Part shown: positions 28,521 to 39,660 of the stretch, in pieces
How the letters are laid out: every line of letters starts with the position of its first letter
Numbering within the stretch: the first letter of the stretch is position 1
Assembly: GCF_009914755.1 (NCBI RefSeq)
Contig: NC_060929.1
Length of the DNA: 64,000 nt
Origin: the human T2T-CHM13v2.0 reference genome, Homo sapiens
Direction: 5' to 3' (one strand)
Notes under the pieces: model-generated
What the model saw: the letters and a program-made list of their open reading frames with translations, nothing else
What the model was told of the DNA's origin: nothing
Databases searched by the model: none
Translations under genes and position numbers: made by a program

Positions 28521-30009
28521 GCCTCATTCAAGAGCTTTGGCTCTTTCTGTACTACTACATTACTTCTATTTTTTAGCTCTTAATTCTCAAAGCACTTTCT
28601 TTGTGCTGGGCTTATGCTGGGAGCTTAGACAGTAAAGCTTAGATGGTAAACTACAGTTGCTCTCAAGCAGTTCACAATGTAACAAAAAAGAGACACAAAT
28701 ACACAGTGACAATACAGTGTGTCGAGTGCTACAATAGATGGAGGGGTGCAGTTTTATGGATGTGGAGAAGAAATCCTTCTATTCCTCACTGGAGGCTTCA
28801 CTAAGGAGATATTCCCTAAGCTGCTTCTGGAAGGAAAAGGTATTGGCCAAGAAAATAAGGGTGGAGGCAGAATTTCAGGTGAAAGGACCAGCATATGCAA
28901 AGGCTCAGAGGGCAGAGCCTGGCACTGGAAACAAAATGCAAGTCACTTCGTGGACTGAGACCTGGATGAGGACATGGGGCTATGAGAGATGAGGCTGGGG
29001 AGGGAGACAGGGGCCAGATCACAGAGGCCTTTCAATGACAGCAACATATGGCAGCTGCAGAGACAGCATGGAAGGGACTGGCATGGTGAGACCTGTGATA
29101 TGGAGAACTCCCTCTCGAAGGGGTTCAGAAAAGAGATGTCCATATTTCAAGTGAAGGACTTCCTCCCCTGGAGAAACTGAGGCTCTGCCCCAGGGCTGTC
29201 CATCAGACTCCTTCCCAGAATCCAAATGCTTCCAAAGGATGTTCAGTGTGGCTGACCTTGCTTATTCATTGTGGGGAGAATTAATTTCAGGGTGGAGAAT
29301 TTTAAAAAAATATAAGATTAAGCAGTGTAATCAGCTGCTGCTGAGAGTTGCAAATGCAATAAATAATAATAGCATTGAGAGCTGTTTTTAATAACTCACC
29401 AGTGTAATTTAGCCTCGGCTTCTTAGAGCATATTTAAAATATGTCATAGTGTGTCTAATGGCAAATGCCTCATTGCCAGCCTCTGAAGACAAATGTCTTC
29501 CCAGGAGGGAGGGGGGCAGAAAATAGAGGAGAAATTGGAGGATTTGATTGCAAACAGGGTGTAGGAAGGCAAGCATTGTTCATTCTGACACCACTAATTC
29601 AAAATCTGTGATCTTTGCCTAGGCAATAGGTTTTAGTTGGTTTGTCTTCAAGGGTGAAACAGATGGATAGCAATAATATGGTAAAGGAGATATTTATAAT
29701 TTGTAAGAGAAGAGGTTGTTTTCAGAATCTATAGAATCACCATTTTCATGCAGTCCATATTCTAATTACAGATCATCCTGGACTATCTATTATAGCAGGT
29801 CCCCAGGCAACTGATATCTTGACAACATTTGTTTTACTTAGTTGAGTTACTAAATATTCATGATACCATGAAAATGTGTTATTTAAAAGTGTTCGATGAA
29901 TTCTGAGTTTTAGTAATTCATATGTGCTGTCCCCGCCCAACCCCGATTAGTCTAAACTGGTGAGATGGGGCTAGGAGTCCTCCCCTCTTGGGTAACAGAC
30001 TTGACACAG

Positions 30010-30360
30010 TTAAAGTGAGACAAACTTTGGAGTCAGACAGACCTGAGTTCAAATTCTAGTTCTACCACTTACTAGCTGTGACCTTTTGCAGCTTAAACAC
30101 TGAGGCTCTATTCCCGATCTGTTAAGTGAGAGTGGTGATGATGACGACCATGACAGCTAATATTTATGGATCGCCTATTGTGTTATCTCCAACACAACGA
30201 TACAGTGACGTAGGTCTACCATGGTTCCTGTTTCACAGATGAGGAAACTTGAAGCTTAGCGAGCTCAAGTAACTTTCCTGAGGCACAGGGCTAGTGAATA
30301 ACCACTCTGGGACCTAGTATCTGTTCTAGCTGGTTTCAAAGCCTATGCTGTTAAGTGGGC
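30010..30360. mobile_element. Two MIRs, tail to tail (+ then -)
   Basis: actttggagtcagacagacctgagttcaaattctagttctaccacttactagctgtgacc (+), then tttcacagatgaggaaacttgaagcttag (-). Confidence 0.75.
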
Positions 30361-30766
30361 TCTGATACTATCTTGTACAGTTGGGGGAAGATTTGAGAAG
30401 ACATGTGTAAGGTATAGTTCCTGGTATGTAATTAGGACTTTATAAATATCTCTTATATGGAAGGACTGAATGTATCTTCCTGGGCTGTGTCCTCGCAGGG
30501 AGATATAACATCTATGTCACTCTCAACGCTTTATTAATGTCCCTGTCACTCTATACCCTTGTCCAAGTTACTCCACACCCTCCAAAGCCTCAAGTTTTTA
30601 ATCTGTAAAATGGTGGTGGGCGGAGGTGGGGAGTGAGCGCTCTTACACATACTACTAGGTTGGGGGTAAATTAGTAAAACAACTTTGGGAAACAATTTGG
30701 CAAGACTTAGTAAAAGGTGCATAGATCCTGTGACACAGCAGTTTTATTCCTGGGATAAATGCTAAA

Positions 30767-30870
30767 GCAGGTTGTCTCCATCTCTGCACTACTGACATCC
30801 TGGGACAGATATTTCATTGTGATGGGGGCTGTTCTGGGCATTGTAGGGGATTTAGCAGCATACCTGGCAA
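30767..30870. mobile_element. MER20 (hAT-Charlie) fragment
   Basis: gcactactgacatcctgggacagata...gggggctgttctgggcattgtaggggatttagcagcatacctggc. Confidence 0.75.
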
Positions 30871-30895
30871 TTTATTCCCAAGAGGAAAGCAATGA

Positions 30896-30975
30896 GGAAG
30901 GAGGGAAGGAAGGAAGGAAGGAAGGAAGGGAGGGAGGGAGGGAGGGAGGGAGGGAGGGAGGGAGGGAAGGAGGGA
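30896..30975. repeat. (GGAA)n-(GGGA)10 compound microsatellite
   Basis: (GGGA)10 at 30928-30967 preceded by GGAA units. Confidence 0.95.
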
Positions 30976-31775
30976 AATATTTAATAGTTAAGTTACATCC
31001 ACAGGTTTGATTATAAATGTGTGTATTGAATTGGAATTTCTGTTGAAATTCTGATCCCTTCTAGACAAAGAAGGTAAAAATTGAAACATGTCAATGGATA
31101 TCTAAATATCATTACTCACTGGCTTTATTTGCAAATGGCTTTCCATTGACAACAGTTACATTTTGTTCAAAGCAACAAATGATTGGCGCTGACAATCCAC
31201 AGGAACATGGTGCAGTCATTAATGAATGTGCTCATTATTCCTCCCTGCCGGGAGGCATCGACTCCCGTTCTCCAGCCTGTTTTAAGCAGACAGACCTACA
31301 TCTGCACCTGTCAGCTTGGAACCCTAGTAGGGGAGGGGGATGCTGATGTGATGGAGAATGAAGAATGGGCCCTGCAGGCTGACATTTTGGGAGAGTAGGT
31401 TCTGAAATTTATCCCAAAGGACATGGAATCCTGGAAGCAGGGTTCAAGATCCTCCCAAAATTGATCTCCCAGGATGCTTGGAATGATTGTTCCGAGGGTT
31501 TTGTAAAATGCCAGGGGAAAACCAGGAAGCTTCTCTCCAGTTGTCTTGCCTCCTTCGTCTCCAGTCTCCATGGAGCTGACTTTGAGAATTAACTCCTGAG
31601 GGACAGAGACCCTGGGATGGAGAGCCAGCCCTGCTGGATTCCACAAGGTGCTGCTTAAAGCACAACACCTCTTCCCAATGACAGGTTCTGAAAGAAGGCC
31701 TTGTAGCTAGATGCACAGAGGGTTTTGTTTTGTTTTTTTTTTTTAACCTTTCAGCATCTGTCTAAAATTGCTCTG

Positions 31776-32093
31776 GGCTGGGTACAGTGGCTCCCACCTG
31801 TAATCCCAACACTTTGAGAGCTGAGGCAGGAGGATCGCTTGAGCCCAGGCGTTCTAGACCAGCCTGGGCAATATAGTGAGATCTCTATGTCTAGAATGTT
31901 TTTTAATTAGCTGGGCTTGCTGCCTGCACCTGTAATTCCAGCTACTTGGGAGGCTAAGGTGGGGGGATCACTCGAGCCCAGGGGGCTGAGGCTGCAGTGA
32001 ACCATGATTACACCACTGAACTCCAGCCTGGGCAACAGAGTGAGACCCTGTCTCAAAAAATATATATATATAAATAAATAAATAAAAATAAAT
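31776..32093 (+). mobile_element. AluJ
   Basis: J-type ggatcgcttgagcccagg and gaggctgcagtga; (TA)n/(TAAA)n tail. Confidence 0.9.
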
Positions 32094-32438
<345 letters not shown>

Positions 32439-32784
32439 TTAAGATAAAGGAGAAAACTGTGCAGAGCCCAGCACAGTGCCTGCTCCATGGAAAATCCTAA
32501 TGACATTTAGTTTCCCTCTCTTTGCCCCCATTTTCTTATCTATAAAACAGAAATAATGCTGTATCCTAACTCAAAAGTTGATTATGGAGAGTGGCATAGT
32601 ATTGTTTCAACAAATATTTATTGAGAAACTGCAACACGCAAATAGATGTAAAAGGTTAAACAGAACTTTGCAAATTAAAAATCCTAAAGGACATTTTAGA
32701 CCTTATGAACTTCCTAATAGGTAAGACTTTTTATCTATCTGCAGTGTCCAACAGGTGCAAGAGCTTGGGCGGACTGTGAATATC

Positions 32785-32990
32785 TAAGAAAAGAGAGAGA
32801 GCAGAAAGGAGGGAGGAAGATGAAAGAAGGAAGGGAGGAAGATGAAAGAAGGAAGGGAGGAAGAAGGGAGGGAGGGAGCGAGGGAGGCGGGGGAGGGAGA
32901 GAAGGGGGAGGTAGGGAGGGAAAGAAGGAAGGAAAGGAAAGGAAAGGAAAGGAAAGGATTACAGGTGGGAGGGAGGGAGGAAGGGAGATA
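32785..32990. repeat. Purine-rich (GA/GGAA/GGAAA) low-complexity tract
   Basis: Directly visible. Confidence 0.9.
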
Positions 32991-33889
32991 TCATTATTAT
33001 TGTGCAATTGTTATCATTATATAACTAATTTAAACAAACCCATCCTGTGCCCACAAAAGGGCACCAAGATAAAGGCTAAGATAAAGAACACACGAATCAT
33101 TTTCCCATTTTCGTCAGTGATGGGAATGGTAATGATTTTCTCTCTGAACCATAACCATCTTGCAGTTAAATAATTGCTTTCTGATAGAATCAGGAGCTCT
33201 GAGATGGTGCTCTGAGGAGTTCTTTCATTTCTTTCGCACCTTTTAAAGAAAAGAAAACTTCAAGTGCAATTATTGGCATTATTTTAATACCGACTGCAGC
33301 AGAACATTCTGGAAAATGAGGCCCCTATCAAATTAGTTTTTCCAAATGAGGTTTAGACAGTACCTTACCAGGAGAACCACTCAGAAAGCCCCCATGGCAG
33401 CAGCAAGCCCTGTTGAGTCAAGGGCACATGGATGTCACACTGCACATGTGTTTTCAGATAACTAAGTGAACTGCTCCGATCTTGTGGGTCATTGCACCAC
33501 GGGGCCTCTCCATTTACTTCAGGTTACACAGCAACAAGCAAGCTGAGAGCAGCAGAAGTAGCTAGCTAAAATTGCATTTGATTTTGTGACTGCTAGAGGC
33601 CAATACTCAAGTGAAGTTTAAGCAAAAACAAATCATACTCAGCTGAAAACATTTGCCTGGAAGAAAGATCTGTGGCTGGAGAATTGGAGTTCATGCACCC
33701 AGCAATTTCCAGAGGAAGTCTGATTCCCCTACCTGAAGTAACACTCCTTCCTCTCCCCAGATCCAGATCTCCAGACTATACGTACTCAATATATGACTTG
33801 TCCATGGGGCCCAGCTGAGCATTATTGCCTCTAGCTTATGGTTAATAATAACAGTAATAATTATACTAATATTATTCTTTCTATGCATA

Positions 33890-34275
33890 ATTACTAATTC
33901 ATCTTAATCTCACAACTCTATGAAGTACATACTGTGAATGTCTCTGTTTTACAGGTGAGAAAACTTAGGCACAGAGAAGTTAAGTAACTCATCATAGTCA
34001 CAGAGCTAAGTAGGAGGCAGAGTTAAGAGTCAATGTAGGCTTCTGACCCAGAGATTGTGCTCTGGACCTCTGTGCCACACTCCCACTTACTGGGTATCAG
34101 GGACTGTGCTGAGCAGTTTATGGCATCATCTCATTTTGTTATTGTAACAACCCTATGCTATGGGTATCAGTATTATTCCCAGGTAAGGAAACTGGCTCCT
34201 TTTGGAGCTTGAGTGACTTATCGTGGTCACACATCTAGTAAGTGGCAGAGATAAAATTGAAACCCAGAGCTAAAA
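33890..34275 (-). mobile_element. Two tandem MIRs
   Basis: ttttacaggtgagaaaacttaggcacagagaagttaagtaact, and a second copy ending cacacatctagtaagtggcagag...gaaacccag. Confidence 0.75.
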
Positions 34276-35887
34276 TTGTTTGGCAAAAACTTGGCATTTG
34301 TGATTGTGACCATCTTGGTTTCCAAGACGCCTGGGGGACTCTGCAGACCATGGCCAGTATTCATTTGTCAAGATGCAAGGACCTAAACTGGAATCCAGTC
34401 TTTTATGATGTCTGGATCATAACAAAAGTCAGGTATCTGCTCCATGAGGCCAGCTAATCCCCCCACAACCCCACATCCCCCTGACACACATCATCCTCAC
34501 CTAGAGAAACCTTTTCACAAATAATCAAACCTTTGTTTCTTTAAGGCAAATGGACCTAAGGGGAAAAAAAAATGCCTGTCAGTATTGATAAGGAATTGAA
34601 GAGGACCAACAATGTGAAGATTCTTGGCCAAAAAAATAAAATAGTAATTTGGGACAAATTTAGTAAGAGAAATATCAGAATCTATGCAGGCTCACATCTC
34701 CAATACAAACATATTCACCTTACACTCTATATGGAAATAGTAAAGAGCAATTTGTGAAATAGATTCCATGAGTGCCCCAATTAGGGCAAACATTTCTCAT
34801 CAAATGAAGGATGGAACTTCAATAAAGATTTCAAAGCTGGTTACATGTAGAGAGATTTGTGAAGAAACCTTGTAGCTCTGATGGAACTGGGATGTGAGAA
34901 GAAGGCAGGTTTTCTGATAAACAATTCCTGTATCTTTCACAAATGCCAAATCACAGACTCAGCTTGGGACATATGAGGACAGCACAGACTTTGGAGGCAG
35001 GTAGATTTTGGGTTGTCACGCAGACACCCACTACTATGAGACCTGGATTTCCTTCTGACGTTATTGGGGATAAGAAGTGGCACCTCACCATTTCTAGGAA
35101 ATAGTAGGTAAGTCTTTCTGGTTGCCACTGAGGTGACTCACCTGAGACACAGTTGCTCCTAAAGTTCAAGGTTAGGAGACAATCCAGAAGGGGAGCTGTC
35201 TGTGAAGTCAGAATTCTTGGAAGAATGTAAGTCTTTACACAGTAACAGCAAAGCAGACAGTGGGAACCACTACTCTGCCTTCTTGCATCATTCTTTCCTA
35301 GAAATACCAGAAAGCAGTGAGGGATTAAGTCTAATTCCTGGCACCTGACCTTATATCTAACAGATGCTCAGTATTACCTGTTGATGGGACCTCACTGGGA
35401 ATGTTTTGTGTGCAGTACAAAAGGGCAATAGATGAAACTTTGGGACGGGAGCCCAGGAAAATGGCTGAGAGGAGAGCTTATGCCTAGCTTATGCATGAGC
35501 TTGCAAAAAGGGAGAATACACGGGAGGGAAGATCAGCAACAGCATGAGTTTTATAAGGCAGAGAGTTGTTGGGAAGGAAGCAGCAGGGAGAGGGGAAGGA
35601 GTAAGTAGAAACCTAGAAGAGATACAGCTAAGATAAGCCAAGAGAACAAAGTATTGACTTACCAGAAACATGGAAGTCTTCCTGCTTCTAATTTAGTTCC
35701 GCATATCTGGATATGTGAATGCCTAAAATCCCATTAAGCCCAGTGGGTTAATTATTACACTTGCTAGGGCCCCAGAGGAGAGGAAACACAGTAAGTCAGA
35801 AAAACCTCTGGGCAGGTGAATTTCTCAGGTTTTCTTCTGGGCAGATGGGATCTGGAATGGTAGCGTGGCATCCTGGTAATTCAGAGA

Positions 35888-36055
35888 CAGTGGGGAGGGT
35901 GAAGAAACACTGATGTGTAGCATTTCTGTGGTGTCAACACCCTACCATGGCTGATTTCAAGCTGACAAAGGTTTAGCAACTGCCTTGCTGATTTCCTGAA
36001 AGTTTAACAATTAGTTTTCATGAGATGCAGTGGGCTGACCCCAGGACATCACTGC
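35888..36055. mobile_element. MER63-like hAT MITE
   Basis: cagtgg...accatggctgatttcaagct...ttcctgaaagtttaacaatt...catcactg. Confidence 0.7.
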
Positions 36056-36209
36056 CTACACGCCAATGAGAATGGAGATTGACACAAAGAACAGAGTGGA
36101 GAGACACAGAGCAGGGAAGACAAGATTTTCCCGAGTCTCAATCCAATATGTAGACTATGTCTCCCTTTTCACAAAGAAGGAAGGGGAGGAGAGACCAGCA
36201 TTCACATTC

Positions 36210-36359
36210 AGTTATTGTTGTTTTAAATCCATTACGCACATACATAGGAGAAAATTTCAGCAACAGTCACCCTCTGAACCCAGTTCCTCAGTTCTCTCCA
36301 GAGGCAACTAAAATGCTCAATTATTAGTGTATCCTTTTGGAAATATTTTATGTATATGA

Positions 36360-36398
<39 letters not shown>

Positions 36399-36830
36399 CC
36401 TTTCCAATATTAAAATAATATTAACATTGGTAATAGTGGTACTAAACAACTTAGGGTGTTTTTTTTTTCATTTAATAGTATATTTTTAGTATCTTTCCAG
36501 GAAAAGATACATGGATGTGCCACATTATTTTTAATGGCTCACATGGTACTCCTTTTATGTATGCACTATAATTTATGGAACCAGTTTTCTCACCGATGAG
36601 CATGTAAGTTCTTTCAGTCTTTTACTGTTATAAACGAATGATGCAATGAATATCCTTGTACATATATATTTGTGCGCATATGTAGGTATCCTTACAAGTG
36701 GAATTTCTGAATAAATGGATATATACAATTTATTTATGAATTTACCTTCCTACAAGTGATTCAAGAGAGTGTCTTTGCTCCACAGTGTTGTCAATATAGT
36801 GTATTCTCAAAATCTGACACCAATATGTGT
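36210..36830 (-). mobile_element. Very old L1 (L1ME-like), antisense
   Basis: ttttactgttataaacgaatgatgcaatgaatatccttgtacatatatatttgtgcgc...agtggaattt. Confidence 0.6.
36362..36397. repeat. (GT)18 microsatellite
   Basis: Directly visible, about 1.4 kb upstream of the coding exon. Confidence 0.95.
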
Positions 36831-37800
36831 GAAGTGCCTGCTCTGTTCCCACACTTTACACAGGTTCTCTTATTTGCGTTAAGTTTATTTAAGAAGAGGA
36901 AACTGGGCCTCATGGAGATCTAGGAACTTGCCCAAGGACAGGTCTCTGTGACTCTAAGAGTGCAATCTTCCCTTTTCCCCATGTCAAGCACCTTTCCCCA
37001 CCAGGCTCACTGCTGACAATCCAGTGTACGAAGAAGGGAAATTACCCCCACAGAGCCCAAAAGTTTAGGACATGCCGACAGCATCACTCTTTTGCCTCCT
37101 CATTCTCTCTTTCATTTCCAGAACATTTGCTCACTCAGTGCTGCCCAGTGATACTTAGCCAGCCTGATTACCCATCTAATAATTTCTGATACTAATATAA
37201 AACCTTCCCAAAGACAAATATAACTGAGACGCACTCCAGCTTACCATAGCTTTCCTGGTGGTACAGTTTCCAGGGACATTTCACTGTGTCAAAGCAGGGA
37301 CCACATATGTTCCAGACCAGCTTGTTGGGTTTTTCACTGGGAAGTGAAGACAAATTGTTGTCCCTTTGAAAAAGCATTCATCTCTCCATCTATCTGCGAT
37401 CTAAAGCAATGGGGCTCTTTCTGTATGTCTTTCAAATGGTCTACACTGACACACGTTTTCTCTGAGCTGCCGAGAGAATATGCCATGAGATGTTGCCAGT
37501 GATGGTTACACTCAGCTAGCAGAAGATTAGGGACTGGTTAAACCTTTGGAGAAATTGCCTTGGGAAAAGAGGAAATAAAAGCAAATATTACTATGAAACA
37601 TAGAGATTACCAGGTAGGAGGAGGAGAGAGGTGGAGGGAGGGGTAGGAGTGGAAGGAAGGGAGGGAGGCAGAAAGAGGAAGGCAGACTGGTGGAAAATAA
37701 ACCGTGCACTTTAGAACAGCAGGAAGGGAGGCTTGGAAGCCTGGTTTTCTGGCTTTGAATGACCGCCTAGCGCTTGCCGGTGCGCCAGGGTGCTGTGAGG

Positions 37801-37909
37801 ATGTGGGCAGAGGGCGAGTCCGAAGGGCTCCAGACACTGGGAATAGTGGTGGTCGTGTGCTCCTCCCTGAAACTTTTGCACTACCTCGGACTGATTGACT
37901 TGTCAGACG
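37801..37909 (+). CDS. KCNIP1: Alternative coding first exon of a Kv channel-interacting protein (transmembrane/KISD-type N-terminus, 36 aa + 1 nt), most likely KCNIP1
   Basis: Seen: ATG at 37801 (A at -3, in-frame TAG upstream at 37768-37770), open frame MWAEGESEGLQTLGIVVVVCSSLKLLHYLGLIDLSD, strong phase-1 donor ACG|GTAAGC. Knowledge (recalled): gapless EGL-x13-KLL-x3-GLI[DE] pattern of KChIP4a and close similarity to the KChIP4e N-terminus; KCNIP first exons splice in phase 1 onto the common exon. KCNIP1 is assigned by exclusion of the KCNIP2/3/4 sequences. Confidence 0.85.
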
Positions 37910-38083
37910 GTAAGCGAACCCTGGAGCTTCCCCGTTTTCTGTGAATGTGTTTTTGTGGCTTCGGTTGCTGTGACAGTCGTTTCGAAAATGCACGGAAATG
38001 AGGGCGGAGACCCGAGAGATTTGAAAAAGCCGGGCTGAAACAGCGTGGTATTGGTCCCCGCCTCCCCAGTCGCGCCCCAGTGC

Positions 38084-38104
38084 TGCGCTGTCCGTCGTGC
38101 TGAA
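38084..38104 (-). promoter_or_regulatory. RE1/NRSE (REST/NRSF binding site)
   Basis: Minus strand reads TTCAGCACGACGGACAGCGCA, a 19/21 match to the canonical RE1 consensus TTCAGCACCACGGACAGCGCC with canonical half-site spacing. Confidence 0.85.
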
Positions 38105-39510
38105 ATGTGGTGCGCCTGGGGAGTGCGGGAGCCAGGAAGTTAGGGTCTCCTGCTCCGGCCCTATGAGCATGTGAGTCTTGATGGATTATTAGCTATGGGT
38201 GAGGCCAGCACAACACATCACAATTCTCTCTGAAGCTGTCTGGTAACTACGTATATTGTTGATGGAAGCCAGTGACTTTTAAAAGCCATTATGTTGATTA
38301 ACTTTTTTAAAGAAGTTTAGGAGATTATATGGAGGTAAAAACCTTTGTAAAATGCTAATCACAGTGTCTGACAATTAGAACACATTTAATAAATGTCAGT
38401 TTCTTTGCTCAACCCTTATAAGAACCCTTATTCCAAAGCCACCTCCTCAGCTCTGACTTCAGCTCCATTCCTTAGTGAGAATGGGGTTATAAATCCAGGT
38501 TAACCCGATTGTTTAGGATTAGAAAGTGATTTGGTTTCCAACGTTGAAGGAGTTCAAGAAACAAAGAGTTTTATTTTTCCTCCTTATGAGATATTGTTCC
38601 AAATAGAACACAGTTTGTCTAGATGATTTTTGTCACTTAAAATTAGGCTCCAGGAAAGATTCCAAATTTCATGAGCAATTGGGCTCATAAAACAAGATCA
38701 AACTCCAATAGTGTATATCCAAAGTATGTATAATGTGTATTCGGTGTATATTCTTCCACCACTGCATGGTGTAGACAGAATTTCTCTTCCAAGGGGCACC
38801 ACATGACAAAACCGTACATAATAATGAAATGCATTTGTAGACAAAGGACTAGCTAAAATACCAACTGAAAGTGGGAAGACCAGAAACTGAAGTGTAAGAT
38901 GAGGTAAGCCCTGGAGTAAGAGTCAAGAAATCCACTTTCTATCCATAATCTGTCTCGGTTTAATGTTGGTCAAGTCATTTTTTAAAAAATTCTAGGTCTT
39001 GGTTTCCTTATGATGACTTTAGATCTCTGTTCCTTGGAATTCTAGAGTGATCCAAAGGTTTCTTTGAATTCAGTTTTGTGGGTTGAGACGGGCAGCCAGA
39101 CTGTGAGTCCCTCAGCTCTGCTTCAACCAGAACAGCTCCACTTTACTGTTCAGCATGTTAGCCCTGTATGTAAGGATGTTTTTTAGCTTTAGCTAAAATT
39201 TAGTGACTCTATGACCCTAAGGCCCTGCTTCCCTGAGATTTTGAAAGCTGAAGCACATTCGGAAAACTTTTTCTTCCTTAAAAATCACCTGAAATCTGAC
39301 AATCTGGAAGACTAGTTCTGTCTGCTCCAGCCCTTGGTCCCTTAGATGTGCTTTTCTGAAGATCCAAACTCAACCTGCCAGTCAATATACCAACTGAGCA
39401 GAGCCCCTGTTCTCCACCAGATTTCAAGAGAACATGTTCCATTCCTGTTCAGAGCTTCAGAGCAGCTTCCGCTAAGATTGCACATTAATGCAACAGCGTC
39501 CTATTTTCTT

Positions 39511-39660
39511 TGTTTCTTTTTTTTTTTTTTTTTTTTTTTTTGATGAGACAGGGTTTCACCATGTTGGCCAGGCTGGTCTCAAACTCCTGACCTCAGGTCA
39601 TCCACCTGCCTTGGCCTCCCAAAGTGCTGGGATTACAGGCGTGAGCCACCGCATCTGGCC
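39511..39660 (-). mobile_element. AluS left monomer with poly(T) tail and TSD
   Basis: Long T run followed by the left arm only; TSD 14/17 (39494-39510 vs 39661-39677). Confidence 0.9.

Larger units (their letters stand above)
37600..38200 (+). promoter_or_regulatory. CpG-enriched internal promoter / alternative first-exon region
   Basis: Only clearly CpG-enriched non-Alu segment in the window. Contains a purine-rich leader (about 37614-37690), GC boxes GAGGGCGGAG 38000-38009 and CCCCGCCTCC 38056-38065, ETS core CAGGAAGT 38133-38140, PBX/MEIS-like TGATTGAC-T-TGTCA 37892-37905 and two consensus donors (37909|37910, 38170|38171). Confidence 0.75.

Noticed and set aside
37607-38170. ORF-track calls 37607..38170 (-) and 37704..37898 (+)
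   Set aside because: GC-rich shadow frames with no recognisable protein similarity. The real signal is a different + frame starting at 37801 and ending at a splice donor.
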